Assembly: GCA_047495785.1 (NCBI GenBank)
Contig: JBLDXI010000011.1
Span: forward strand, 620,001 to 684,000
Direction of reading: 5' to 3'
DNA length: 64,000 nucleotides
Origin: Lepidodermella squamata
Taxonomy: Eukaryota > Animalia > Gastrotricha
Of this stretch, positions 10,569-23,837 are shown in pieces; within the stretch, counting starts at the first letter, position 1; every line of letters starts with the position of its first letter. The translations under genes were made by a program, and so were the position numbers. The notes below the pieces were generated by a model. The model saw only the letters and a program-made list of their open reading frames with translations, searched no databases and was not told where the DNA came from.

Positions 10569-13500
10569 CTACGAATCGCGATGGCGAAGTCCGTTGTATT
10601 TGAAAATTACAGGATGAAACCACGAGGAACTAGTCGTAGCACTGAGACAGACGGCGAGAAACGCAATGACGATATCCTGATTCGTTGGCTGGCGGAGTAG
10701 AAGCAAGAGCAAAATCCCAGCGAGTAAAATTGTCGTCGAATTTACAACACCCAACGCCATGTAACCGAATTCCGGGACTAAGCGCTTCGCTCCCCGGTGC
10801 TTCAAGCCGTAAACGAAGAAACACCCAATGAAAAGCAGCATAGCATTGTAGCCGAAAATCGAATACTGCCAGGCAGTTTGATATTTTGAATAGCAAACTG
10901 TTGCCCATTGTTGGAAATAAGTATCTTCCTCGGGTATGAACACAGGCTCTTCTGGTCGTAGGATACAACGTAACGGGTCAGCATTCAGCCAGATGATTGT
11001 TACAATTATCGGAATTGAAGAAAATAGGACGGTCCAAAGCAGTATAGAGCCCTGTTTCTCTTCGATTTCTGGGGTTTGTTCGAAATGAATCCCAATGGAA
11101 GATTGGCAGCGATAACTTTCACCTCGGGAATGACCTGAATCGCGATGTTGATTTTGAACGACCAGATTACTCTTCTTCCCGCTATTTCGTTTGGAAGATT
11201 TTTTGCGAGCAAATCGCGATTGTAAGGAGGTAATGGGTGGTGCGAACCTCACGCAATGTCTTGCCATTGAGTTTTTCAGCGACAGAATGCGGGAGAACAA
11301 CAGGCTGTTTGTTAAGGAGGCTCCAAACACAAAGAGGAGAATCCTAGCGAGCCAGTTGGGTTTGGCCAGGCTAAAATCAGGGGTTATCACAAAAAGCACA
11401 GCCATCACATTCAAAATCGTTAGAAAAAGCCCTCCCACGACTTTGAATAATCCAGCTTTCGACAGCAGCACTTTTCTCACGCCGATAAGGGTGTAAATGA
11501 GCGAAATCCCACTTAGGGTGACTACAATCGCGAAAACGCTTGTTGGAACCCTAGAAATACTTCGAATGATCAGCGATGAATCCCGAGGTGGTTGGTTATT
11601 CTTCGTGAGCCATGGCACTTTCACAGTCAATCTAACCTCGTAGTCGTCATTCAGCCGGCCTGAGGTGTCCGGGCGCTGCCGAACTGCACCTAGGGTGACT
11701 AAGCCCTTCGAGCTATCTCCCAGATAGGTCAGGGTGGTATAGTCAGTCGCCAGCTCTCCCGACGCCAATGAGTACCTCATTCTGCCCAATCGAAAGCCAG
11801 TGTAATCAGTAGTTGCGATTGATGAGTTAACCGCGGCCATTACCTCGGCTCGACTCGCAGAGATCAAAGTCAGATTCGATGTTCGTTTCAAGTATCGATC
11901 CGCTGCATCTAAGGCCATGAGAGCCGTAGCTGTCCCGTCGTGGCATTGAAAACGGGAGGCGTAGTCGATACCTCTCGCGCTTTTCGTTGCATTGTCGAAA
12001 ATGACATCGAAAGCATTGGCATCGAGGCCGAGCAAGGACTGAGCACTTCTATCGGCTGGTAGCTGAGGGTTCCCAAAGCCGATCGTGTATTTGTATTGCT
12101 CGAGTAGGACAGCCCGACTGCAGCCGGGAAGAACTGGGTCCGGGAGGGATTTCGCCTCGACCAGGATGGACTGGAACATCACGAAGACATAGCGACTCCC
12201 TGTCAAGCCGTGGTTATAAGCTTCGCATAGAAACTGGCGCTGGGTAGATACCTGAAATATAATTGAATCATTTCAATCTGGTTTTTCAAGAACCTTCAAT
12301 TTTCTACATCAAATACAAACGCCAATCCCGTTAAAAAGTCTAACAACTTTTAACGATGCCCGCTGCCCAAGAAGTCGCAGTTTAGTGTGCGTTAGGTTGG
12401 TACATGTCTCGCGCAATCGGAAACCCGTACTTCCGCCTTTAAATGTTTAATGCACTGTCCCTACCCCTGCCATCACGTGTTAGTAATTCTCCATGTTCGG
12501 TATTCCTATTTCGGGACTTCTATCCAGAATCCGATATCCCTCAATACATAGGGACATAAAGATCTTTAGTTCAAAAAATCCGAAAGCTGATTTTGCCCAA
12601 TCAAACCTTTATAACGTAAGTTAGTTATGGATCGCGAGCGGGCACATAACCGTCAATTAATGAGAAAAATCACGCTGGAAATCATTTCCTAGACTAAAAT
12701 CTGACAGATCAGTCGATTCAGGCGAAAAAACGAGGATAAGGTGAACCAAAAAGGTACAGCATAATACTTCAGGAATAATGGGAAAGGAATTGGTGGAAAA
12801 TTTATGGGACCGTTCACCCGGAAATATAAACTTGAGATACCCGCTACAAATTGCTCATTCTAATACATTTATACTAACCTGACTTGTCCAAGTGACAATA
12901 ATTCTCGCATCACTCCGTTTCAGCGCTAGCATAGTAGATGGATCATCGAAATCGAGGACAGCGTCGTAGTAGGCCACTGAAACGTTGTTCTGAAGCGCGG
13001 ATTTCAGCATCGCCTCAGCCGTGCCGTAGTCATTCGCATTGCCCAGATAGCCGATGATCGCAATGCGGCGCCACTTGCCAATCGACCGAATGAAGGCGAG
13101 CTGGGCATGGGCGACTACGCCACTCGTGATGCGGTTCAGGTACAAGTTCGGATACCGCGTTTTATCGACCAGCACCGCGCCGGAACACGCGATTGAAACC
13201 GAGGCGAGGTTCATGTAATGCAGAACTCGAGCCAAGGCTTTGCAGCCGGTCGTGAAGAACCCGGTTATGACGAGGGGTGCCATCACAGCTTGGTCACTAT
13301 AATCTTGGTCTTCAAAGCTTCGAGCGAAGGTCAGTGCAGTCTGGGTCTCTTTCTGGCCATCAGTGAACTCATCGCCTGCAACTAGCTCGATGTGATAGTC
13401 GGGCAGAATATCGGATCGATTGTTGACCAAATCGACCAGGATTTGAGACGCAGCGAAGCATTCATAGCCAGTTCGAGGCAAGTTGCCGGTGAGTGGCAGA

Positions 13501-13583
13501 ATCTCTAACAGCTTCATCGTCACGGGCTTCCGAGATTCAGCCAAGCCAATCAGTAGAGTTAGGATTAAAGTAGTCACGTTCAT
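10569..13583 (-). CDS. Class C GPCR, divergent GABA-B-receptor-like (~795 aa)
   Basis: Exons 13583-12879 and 12251-10569. Signal peptide, Venus flytrap motifs (VNNRSDILPDYHIEL, RYPNLY, WRRIAII, FLCEAYNHGLTGSRYVF), no Cys-rich linker, 7TM with WLNADPL and CYS..W..GYNAMLL. TATAAAT ~100 nt upstream. Confidence 0.85.
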
Positions 13584-13780
13584 TTTGAAGGTCTATTTTC
13601 AACTTTGAATATCGCTTTAAGTTTGGTGGAAAATATGGATGTTCGTGCTTAGAGGTGGGTGTTAGTGATACACTAATGGATTTATAGGAACTCTGCAGGA
13701 CTTGGCTCTTAACGCAGTGAAATGTCACACGAATTTCCTACCATAATGTGTTTTTTTATTACGGAAGCTTCACATTCAAT

Positions 13781-14756
13781 CTAATTCTTGCCGCCAGATC
13801 CTGTTAAAAGCGTGTCATCCCGAGCAAGCAGTGGCACAGTTCCGGAACCGGAAGCCTCAAGCGTGGGAAGTTCTTCTTTCACAACTGTTGATTCTGCATT
13901 GTCCATCGTGAGCTCTGCGACTAGACTTCGAACTGCTGATGAATCAGCTCTAACAGCACTGCTTCGAGGCGAGTCCTCTATTAACGGCTCGTCATAGTTA
14001 GCAGGCGTGATTTCTCGATCGCAAGGCGCCGTTGTCTGAACTGAAGTCGCTAAGGTTTCTTCCGTTGTAGTTTCCTTCTCTGACGTTAATCCAAAAACCT
14101 TGTACCGTCTTACTGCAGGGCATTTCGCTAGGCAATTTTCCGCATTACCCTCACAAATACATTCCTGAAATGGTTGGGTAAATTGGTGTTCTGAGAAGGG
14201 ATGAGTAATTTACCCCAACTGGAGCTTGGCAAATTGTTGAAAGCGAGAATTGATTGCAAGGCTCAGGTTGGCAGGTGGCACTACAACAGCATTGGCAGGT
14301 TGGCGAGCAAGTTGATTGGTCGAATGAGTTGCAGCCGTAGCAAGACTTGAAACATTGAAATTATCGATATATTGCACAATACGGGGTGAAAATGTTACTG
14401 ATGTTCCGCCACACGCTTCACAGGCTCCAGATGTCGTAGGCACGCCTTGGGCTTTGCAAGTATCGGCTCCACAACAACAAGGCTGGAGAAATTATCAAAA
14501 TTAAAAAAGGGCCATATATTTCACATCAACTTCCAAATTTTGAATAATATCTGTGATGAATTTAATAATTAAAAAATTAACTAATAATTCATTTAAAAAT
14601 TCATTTTTTTTAAATGTTTTAATAAATGGAAAATGGAAACCATTTTTACAGTGTTTTAAACTCATGTGCTGTTCTTACCTTCTCAGAACCAGCTGCCAAA
14701 ATGTAAAATGTGGATATGAACCATGCTATTGCAATGGCTCTGAAGCCGGCTTTCAT
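13781..14756 (-). CDS. Secreted 20-Cys protein with acidic Ser/Thr tail (~225 aa)
   Basis: Exons 14756-14679, 14482-14399, 14345-14214, 14164-13781, all phase 0. Signal MKAGFRAIAIAWFISTFYILAAG. AATAAA ~25 nt after the stop. Not visible as a single ORF in the track. Confidence 0.75.
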
Positions 14757-15410
14757 TGATAGTATTTTCATTCTACAGTCGAAAATAGGAGTAAAAACGA
14801 GAATTTGGACTGCTGATTAAAAATTAAAATGCCCGGTTAAGCCATATTAAAAGTTTGAGTAATGACATACCAACTATACGTCAGTAAATGCAAAACAACA
14901 GGATGCAAAAAGCCACAACATTGCAGCGTGGGTGAAAAATCCAACACAGTATAAAATGAGAGAGGTAAATGCAAAATGACCTTAATATCAATGAAACGTT
15001 GGGAAACTGAGAGAGGCATACTTGCAGTTTTAACAGCTGGATCAGCTATTTGGTTGCATCGTTAGAGAGATCATTAGTACTTACTGAGAGCATTTGTTGC
15101 GACTCAGAGCCCAGCATTTTCTCAGAAGAGATTTTTCATTTCTTCCGGTTGAAACGCTTGGTTGAGAAAAACGTGTTTTTCCAATGTACGTTTTATAGGG
15201 TTCGGAGACAATTCAGTGTAAAGTTAGCCACGTGATTACCTCATGACACATTTTGTAAGTTATAATGATTATTCTTACGATTTGCCCCGTTTTTGGCTCC
15301 TCAGGGTTATAGCATGATCACTCCCTTTATTGCAAATGACTGACATACAAAGGACAAAGAAATCAGAGATTTGACAGCAGACAAAAATTGCCGAAGCGAA
15401 GAAAGTTATT

Positions 15411-18400
15411 TCAGGCATTTCCACCGCCAGGGCTCGAAGAGTATTCTCGCAGAAATTTCGCAACATGCCCAGCTGATAAATTGTTGTAAAAATCCGCCGA
15501 ATATTCGCGTTCAACCAGCGTCAGTACAGTTTCGCCATTCGCATCCGGTCTCCCTGCATTGAAGCCATTTTCCAACAGAAACTTCACAAAATCCAACTGG
15601 CCATGCTTCGCGGCGATGTGCAACGCCGTCCAACCTTTATCATTCACCTGATCCACCAAATCCCTCTGCCGTTTCAGCAATAAATCGCCGATTTGGACGT
15701 AACCAAATCTCGCTGCCATATGGAAGGGTGTTTCAATCGATTTGTCACTCGAGTCAAGTGATACATTATAGTCGATAGCCATCAATTTCACGCAATCTAA
15801 CGAACCGCCTTCCACAGCGTAATGGATAGGCTTGCAGTTGTGCGATCCAACCAATTCTGGGTTAGCCCTGCCTTCTTTCACCAGTATCCTAGCGCAATTG
15901 GTTTGGCAGTACTGTAGGGCCAGCATTAGAGCAGTTTCTCCCCGCCAATTTTTGACATCTGTATGGCATTTGTGAGTGATCAAGATGGAAACGATTTGTT
16001 CGTGTCCGAGTGAGGCCGCGATTTGAAGAGCAGTTTGAGCTAGCTCGGAGCCTGTCTTCTCGTCGATGTAAGCGCCTAGGCCTAACAGTGTTTCAACAGC
16101 TTTGGGCTGGTTTGCTTGGCATGCTAAAAAATCAATTGCTTGGCTCAAGATTATTCGCAAAAATAGGACTCACCTATTTGTAAGGGCGTTCGCGAACCTT
16201 GCCCGGGGGCTTCGATGTCAACCTTGCATCTTAGGCAAAGAAATTCGATTAAATCCTTCCTACCAAGCATCGCCGCGAGATGAAGCGGTCTATTTTCGAA
16301 ATTATCCACGGCCTCAGCATCCGCGCCCCAACTCCATAGGATCTCCGCAGTTTTTACAGAACCAACCTCAATAGCTTCGGCAAAAGGCGTCTGGCCTTTC
16401 AAGTTCTTCAACTCGTGATTTGCCATTAATTCTAACAGGGTAGTTGCTGATATAGCTTTATCGAATTTCGCAGCGAAATGGAGCGCAGTTTTAGCTTCGA
16501 AACCTCTGGTATCAACATTAGCCCCATAATGTTCAACTATCAGTCGAATTATCTCAGGCTGGCCGGAAATTGAGGCTAGGATCAACGCTGAATGGCCGCC
16601 TAAATCTTGAGCAACGAGACTGGCCTTATGTTTCAGGAGCAATTTCGCAACTTCTACATTTCCTGTAGTTATCGCGAAATGAAGGGGTGTTCGATTATCG
16701 ATTGTGGCCGGTGTATCGATCGTAGCTCCTCGTTTGATTAGCATTAGGACGCAGTCTGTTCTACCGGCTGCAGCCGCGCTGTGAAGAGGTGTCCAGCCAT
16801 TTTTCTCGTTGAGAGCATCCACACTCATGCCTTGGTCCAGGAAGTTTTCGACGAGACTCGTATAACCCTTAGCCGCTACGTAATGCAGGACAGTATCTCC
16901 CCGTAGATCACCCCTCATCCAGGCAGCTTTTCGAGAGATCAGCGTGTTAATTATATTGATATTGCGACGATGAACAGCGTGGTGTAGTGGGGTGAGCTTC
17001 TTAGGATCAGCCTCATTCACGGCATTGATATCGCAGCCTTTGTCTAGCAAAGCTTCCACAACATCAGCGAAACAAGCGTGGATAGCGTGGTGAAGAGGGT
17101 TACGGCCGTTGAAGCCGGGTGTCTCTTTATCAGCGCCCAAATCGATTAGTACCTCACACGCGGCTCGTTGGCCATTCCTCGCTGCGCAGTGAAGAGGCTG
17201 GTCCTTGTTACGATCTCGAGCAGACAGATCAGCTCCCGAATCGAAAAGGACCTAAAGTAAGAAGAAAAGTGAGAGCTTACTCTCCAAAAAAGGCAGGAAA
17301 ATATAGATATTTTCGACTAATTATGCATAAATGTGCATCTTCCGGCTAATTATGCATAAATTTGCATATTCCGCCTGATAATTCATAAATTTTGCATATT
17401 TTTGGGTTGAATTTAAATGTTATCATTCGAGGTCAAGCGACTCACTTTAATAACGTCAGTATGTCCATTGAATGCGGCGATGTGAAGCGGCGTAAGTTCG
17501 TAGTCTTCGACCGAGCTTTTTTGGTTGACATTTGCGTTACGCTTTACCAGTTCCACAACCGCTGCCATTCGCCCAGCAGCCGCTGCCAAAAATAGCGCCG
17601 ATCTACCATGTGTACCCTTCGCGTTTATATCACACTCTTCTGAATGGTCGAGCATAGCTGCTATACAATGAAAATGGCCTTCCTGAGCAGCGACATGCAG
17701 TGGCGTGTTGTGGTCTCTGTTGATCACAGAACAACTAGCCCCAGCCTCGCAGAGGTCGATAACGATCTCATGATAGCCTCTCCTTGCTGCGAAGTGAAGA
17801 CATCCATCGCTGTTATCGTTGATGCTGCCATCTAAAACTCGTTGCAGCATTCGTCTCGATTTCCCGAGGCCGTAGTTCAATGCTTGTTTCACGTTAAAGA
17901 GATCATTTCTCTCGATAGCAGTTACCAGTTGATGCTTCTAATTAATGAAAGAGAAGGTTTAGGAAAGTCATAAACGCATAAAATGATTATACCAGGTCTT
18001 CATAATCTTCAGGTGAGTAATTTAGGTCGAGGGAATCTTCATCTCTTGATCCCCTTAATTTACTCCCACCTGGGGTGGATCGGTCTTTATCGCGAAGGAT
18101 TTTTTTCACCGAGAACCAGGGATCCTTAGCTAATTGCCCAGCGTCTAGCCTGTCCCAAGGCATTTTCTCCAGCATTCTCAGCAGAACTTTCTGCATCGGC
18201 CTGCTGTATTCCTGCGGTAGCGGTCGCGGTGATTCAGTCATTATAGCCCGCATAGTGCTGAAGGGCCGTCTTAAGGTGGCTGTTTCGTAAAGAACAACAC
18301 CCAAGGACCAAATATCAGCCTTCTCTCCCGCTGAAAAGACGTCATCATCCGGGTACTCAGCGTTAGTATTGTAAGAAGCGAATTCATCGAGGAGTTTCGT

Positions 18401-19276
18401 AACCTCAGGTGCCGTGTACAGCTGGCTAACGCTGTAGCCGGGCCGGTCGAGAAAATTGAGGCCAACGCTGTCGAAAACTGTTGTGAGGCCGTAGTCTGAG
18501 AATCGGGCCATTTTGAAGTTTTCAGAGAAGAGAATATTTTGCGGCTTGATATTGCCGTGGATTATGTATTTCGAATGCAGGTATCGCAAACCCTCGACCA
18601 GCTGCCGAAACCAGCCCACAATCTTAAAAACATCAAAATAAGGGGAAAAAAACCAATTAATTACGCGAAATTCGGCGCAGAACTGAATATTAATAGGCAT
18701 ACGCAAAATTATGCAAATTAGACCCAATTAGATTATGCAAATTTATGCATTATCGAAAAATATCCACTGACTAACCGTTTCTTCTTCAAGAAGAGTTCTC
18801 TCTTGTCGTTTTATGACATCGGCCAAACTTCCGCCTGGCACGTATTCACTCAGCAAGAAAAGATGTTCGTTCTCCTCGAAAACCGAGTGAATCTTCACAA
18901 TGTTGACATGGCTCAGCTTCAAAAGTGGCCTGGCCTGTCGAATGGCGATTGTTAACCGGCTGAAACTCTTTGAAAAAGAATCAGGCGTGATTCTCTTCAG
19001 GACGAATGGCTCGCCATCGATTCGCCGCTCAACGTACATTGTTGTGTCAAATGAGGATAATGGCGATAATTGAAGGGCTTGCAGGTAGTCGATATCGTGG
19101 ACTATATCGCGGTCATTCGATGGTCGATTGAGCACGCCCTCGATTAGAACGTAATTGATGGTAGAATCAGCCTCAACTGGTTCAGTTTCAGGCTGCTCAG
19201 GATCCTCTTCATCTCTCAACTGTTGCAGCTCAGGATCTTCGTCGTCTAAACGACTTGCTACATCGATGTCAGACAT
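15411..19276 (-). CDS. Pseudokinase-ankyrin repeat protein (~1137 aa)
   Basis: Exons 19276-18776, 18622-17993, 17937-17446, 17251-16174, 16123-15411 with consistent phases. NEK-like kinase fold (VLKRI, HGNIKPQN, DYG, YTAPE, DIWSLG) followed by ~20 ankyrin repeats. Confidence 0.85.
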
Positions 19277-19737
19277 ATTTAAACTGAAAAACTATCTCTA
19301 TAAAAGCCTATTTGGTGCTAATAAAGCTGGAATAATAAATGAAAGGCTGAATGTGATGCACCAAGTGGCTTTACTTCATTACGTATTCCATCAGTAAAGC
19401 ACTGAGTGATAAATCGATTAAACGGTTCCTATTTTATAGCGCGTGAATCGATAGACATTGCTATGACCGTTATGAAAGGTATCCATGGCCGATTAATAAT
19501 TTCAAGACGCGGTTACTAGAGTGCGACCTACTTTCTCATTTATGAAGCTGCAATCCCCTAACCCCTAAAACTAACAATCGAGACTACAATTAGGTGCGAT
19601 TGTGGCGCCGATATACCTTTGTTTTGGAATGTTAGTATTATTCAGTTATGGATTCACAAGTCAAAGCTTTCAAAATGGAAGAAAAGAAACTTTATTCGAA
19701 CTTCTTAGTATTTACACCTGACTATAATTGAGCATCT

Positions 19738-22700
19738 TTAGTTTGAGACTACGAGTAAAAACAGCGAAGTCAAAATGACGGACCCGATCGTAGTTCGGTG
19801 GCGATCAGCACCGTTTTCTCGCTGCTTTCCCGGGGTTTGAACCTGATGATCACTCGGAGCAGCCGTGACATCGTTTGCAATGTGCTGCGTCGTGGTTGTA
19901 GGGCCTTCAATCCCCTGTTGAGTGGTCGGTGGGTTATTAGCCGTAGTTGTTTCCTGATATACGTCCTCCCCTTCGTTAGAGCAATATCCGCGTCTAAAGC
20001 TGTCGCAAGCACACGGCAGCTGAGCGATATCTTCCTTAGTCATAACTCGATTGCCTTCAAAGACTAGACACTTGATTTGGTCATTAGGATCCAGAGGTCC
20101 GATAGTTAGAATTGCGTAACGAGTCATAGCAGCTTTTTCGATGTTAGGTTCGTCTTTCGGGCTCAATAGCGGGATTGCACCAGAAGCCGGCTGATTCTCC
20201 GGATCTTCCTCAACCGCGTCGTAGTCGCCACTTCCAGCCTGGCGCTTAACTCGTTTCCAATCCCCACTCCCAGCTGGTGTAGTCCACTCTCGCATTTTCG
20301 GGAAAACAGCGTCATTTTTCTGCTCCTGCGCCAGCGTTCCGTTTGAGTAGAACATTTTGACTATACGGCTGGATTTTTCAAAGGCCATAGTCACGTGGTA
20401 CCAACCATTTTCAGCCAGAGCGCCGCTGAGCTCGAAGTTCGTTTCGCCGGGATGAACCGAAAGCTTGACAGGGCTTGAGCTGTCACTCAGCGTGTAGCGA
20501 AGTTCGAATTCCATCTCATCTTCGTTGACCATCGGGCCGCGGAGAATGTTGGCTAAAACGCCGGTTTTAGATGATCGAGCTTTCATATCGCCAAAGTGGA
20601 TGTAGAAACTTAGGCCAAAGTCGATGGGATCATCCATTTTCTCTAAGGTTCCAGCTGGAAAGAATAGAAAGCAGATAGTTGGTACTTCAGAAAATCACAA
20701 AATTTTACCTGGCCAGTCGACGCTAAAGACAGCTAGCTTCGAAGTTTCCGAGACCATGTAACCATCGTTGTCCATTGATTGATTCAAAGCGGCTGGATAG
20801 ATACCCTCAGGGTCTACATCTTTCGTAACATCGACAATATCATACGCCGGGTCGAACCCAACATACAGGGCACTATGGTTTCGCAAAAACTCTGGCTTCA
20901 CAGCGAAGTTGAGTTTTCTCTTGCATAGACCAGGCGAATTGTTGAGAATGAACGACATCGCGTGCTTGCCATAGGTTTGGCACTGACAGGGCAGATCTGC
21001 GAAAATTCCTTTATCGACAGCGGTTGAAAACACAGTGACGCAAGCCATCGAAATTCCAGGCTCTTCCGGGCCAATCGAAACAGTATCATTGGTGAGCTCG
21101 ATTTTCCGATCCAAAGCCAACTCTGCGCTGTGGAAAGTTTCGCTGGAATTCATGGAGGCGAAATGAAGTTGGGCATGGTTCTTTGATCCGTCGTAGGATA
21201 CAGCGACAAATGTCCAATTCTTCTCCTTTAAAAACGAGCTCGGTTTGATGTCGAACTTCTGCTTGTTCAGGTAGAATTCCTTCGTAGCTGGGTCGATTTG
21301 TAACAAGAACCCAGGCGATCCTTCCCATTCAAATATGTCGATCTTATCACCCTCTCGAATCGGAACATCACCAGGCCAATACATGTGGAACGAAACAGTT
21401 AGCTGAACAGGACTGTGCGTTTCAGGTCTCGCCAATTTGTACATTGCAATAGGTTCTCGCGGCGCTGAGGTCGTGAAGAATTCGTCCAGAAATCGAGCAG
21501 GTTTTGCTGCCATTGGTCGCTGACCGGTAGTCATTTCGTCTAGCCCGCTGGCTTCGTCAAATGGGAAGTAGCCGATAACTTTGTAAGGAGGAACAGGCCC
21601 TCGGTATTCGCGGCGACGTAAAACAGGGCTGGGAGGAGAACGAGGCTCCTTACAGATCGCAGGAAGGTGAGCTATTTCGTGAGGCATCAGAACAGCATCG
21701 AAAAGCGTAACACATGCAATGATGTCGCCACCTAACATGACGAGGATTAGAAAGAAGGGAAAAAAGTTAACAATGAGATTCAGTTTTCCTTTCTCTCTCA
21801 ATCTCTGCTCATTAATTATCTTTCCCCTGTTTCCCCTGTTTCCCCTTGTTTTCCCATTCTCCCCCATCCCTTCCCCATCCCATCCCCACATTTCCCCCTC
21901 CTTTCCCCATATTCCCCGATCTCTTCACTGTCATTTTCCCTCATCCCCATTACTTCCCCGCCGTTACCTTACCCTTCCCCCGAGTCAAACACCAACATGG
22001 CAAAGTGAAGTAGTCTTACCTCTTTGCCCAGCAATCCACAGCTCGTTGCTGATTTCAGGCAAACCATTCTTCGACACATCAACTTCACCAACCAACGCAG
22101 CAGCATGCCCGATATAAGCGCGAACAAAATCGCCGCCAATCGTCAACGCGACAAAGACCCACTTCTCATCCGCGAGGATACCAGGCCAAGACGCTACAAT
22201 CTGATTCCGGGGCTCGTGTTCTGCGAATCGGAACGACACCTTGAGCGTATCTTCGAGATACCCGATGATGATCGACCCGTTTTTCTCCAAAGTCGTCATT
22301 TTCGGGCGAGGGTTGCCGTAGTTAGACGCAAAGTAGTTCTTGCCAAGCCGAGCAATGTCCCCACCCTCCATTCGACCACGGAACGACTGGCGTCGGAAGT
22401 AGAAAGCCACCGTAACAGCTCGGTTGTCCTTCAACAAATCACTCGTATTGCCATTTCGGACTAGGAATCGCGGCTCAGAATCGCCGTAATTGCTGACGTA
22501 GTACGATGTGTTGTAGACAAGAAATGGGCCAGCGTTTACGCTGGGCATGCACGTCATGCGCATATCGCTGCAGTCATCGCCGTTAGGCTCGCCAACTTCA
22601 GGGGAATTATCGATTTCTGACGTACCACTTTCGCCGTCGAACGGCCAGAAACCGATCAAATCTTTAGGCCTAGGCCCGTGGTAAGTAGCATCTACGTGAA

Positions 22701-22832
22701 AGCAAGAAAATTCTGATTAGGAAATACTCAGCTTATCATTCATCACCCAAAATGCATGCATTCAATAAAGTTCTCACCTGAAATTCGAAGAAAAACTGCC
22801 GAGAATAGCAGCAACAGGTTATGAGTGATCAT
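19738..22832 (-). CDS. Predicted GPI-anchored protein with three LamG/pentraxin-like (ConA-fold) modules
   Basis: Signal MITHNLLLLFSAVFLRIS, ~4 exons. Modules open with Y.GP.P...IG(F/Y)(W/F)PFD, contain W.(F/H)V..(T/S), and close with ACV...LP..C. Thr-rich stalk and hydrophobic C-terminus without a cytoplasmic tail. Confidence 0.7.
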
Positions 22833-23051
22833 GATGGGCTCAAAAACGACGTTAAACCGACGTAGCACGTGAAAGGAAACAAAAGCTTGAAAAATTTTGC
22901 CATTCAACGCAAAACGCAATTTTAAGGTGGATTTTTTATTTTTCAACTTTTCAATATTCTTCCAATATTTGCGATTCTTTTTCATTATTTCCAATTCTTT
23001 TCGAATTTTTTTAATTATAGCAAAATATCAGAGCGTAAAAGGGCCGTTTAA

Positions 23052-23837
23052 CCCTTTCATGGCCATAAGGACGATTTCGGAATTTTGACTTTGACAGTGC
23101 ACCAAAATTTCATTTTGATTTATTTTTTATCGCCATTTTAAGCAATGCTACTTATCGATGTTGGCTACAAGAATTTGAAACAATCAGACCGCTATCTCAC
23201 ACCGTTTTTAAAATATGGCCATTTTAAAATTGGTAACCGAGGTGTGAAATTTCGATTTTTTTCAAATTGAAATTGAGGTAACCCCATCTGATTATCCGGT
23301 CATACAAAAAATACTACAGTGTCCGGCATAGTCTCATTGACTTGTGTATAAATTTTCATCAGGTTTCGACAACAACTAAAGGCGCTGCCTTGATTTTAGT
23401 TAACTGGTCGAAATCGCCCTATCGGCCCAGACGTTATACAGGCGGAGTGCGTGATTCTTGAGCTAAAAAACTGTCGCGTGTGAAAAAGCAAAAAGCTGAC
23501 TTAGCTGAATACTGATCAAAATGCTGATTTTTGAAAACCGGTTTTAACTGAATTTTTTCCTCAAAATAATAAAGGGAGATTTTCAGGGACTGTTACGGGA
23601 GAGGATTAGAACATGAAAATTTAATGTTGAGAGCACCTAATGCTGAAACTAGGTGTTTGAAAAATCTGCTGAAATCAGCTGGGCCGATAGGGCGATTTCG
23701 ACCACTTTTTGCAGAGCCTTAACGGTGATAGATAGCGATAAACGGGTTTCAAAATCGTGATCAGGGCCATCTAAAACCCCTAGAACTGCCGTCAAATATT
23801 TTTTCTCCCGCAGATAAATAATTCGGCCATGAAAGGG
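23052..23837. mobile_element. piggyBac-like non-autonomous element
   Basis: TTAA|CCCTTTCATGGCC ... GGCCATGAAAGGG|TTAA. Additional internal 25-bp inverted repeat at ~23406 and ~23679. Confidence 0.85.

Noticed and set aside
14080-14113. Apparent 34-nt GTAAGA...CAG intron
   Set aside because: The frame reads through without it (KCPAVRRYKVFG), so it is not needed.
21745-22015. N-terminus MWGWDGEGMGENG... of ORF 20695-21891 and the Pro-rich opposite ORF
   Set aside because: Low-complexity purine/pyrimidine tract inside an intron bounded by GTAAGA and TTAG.
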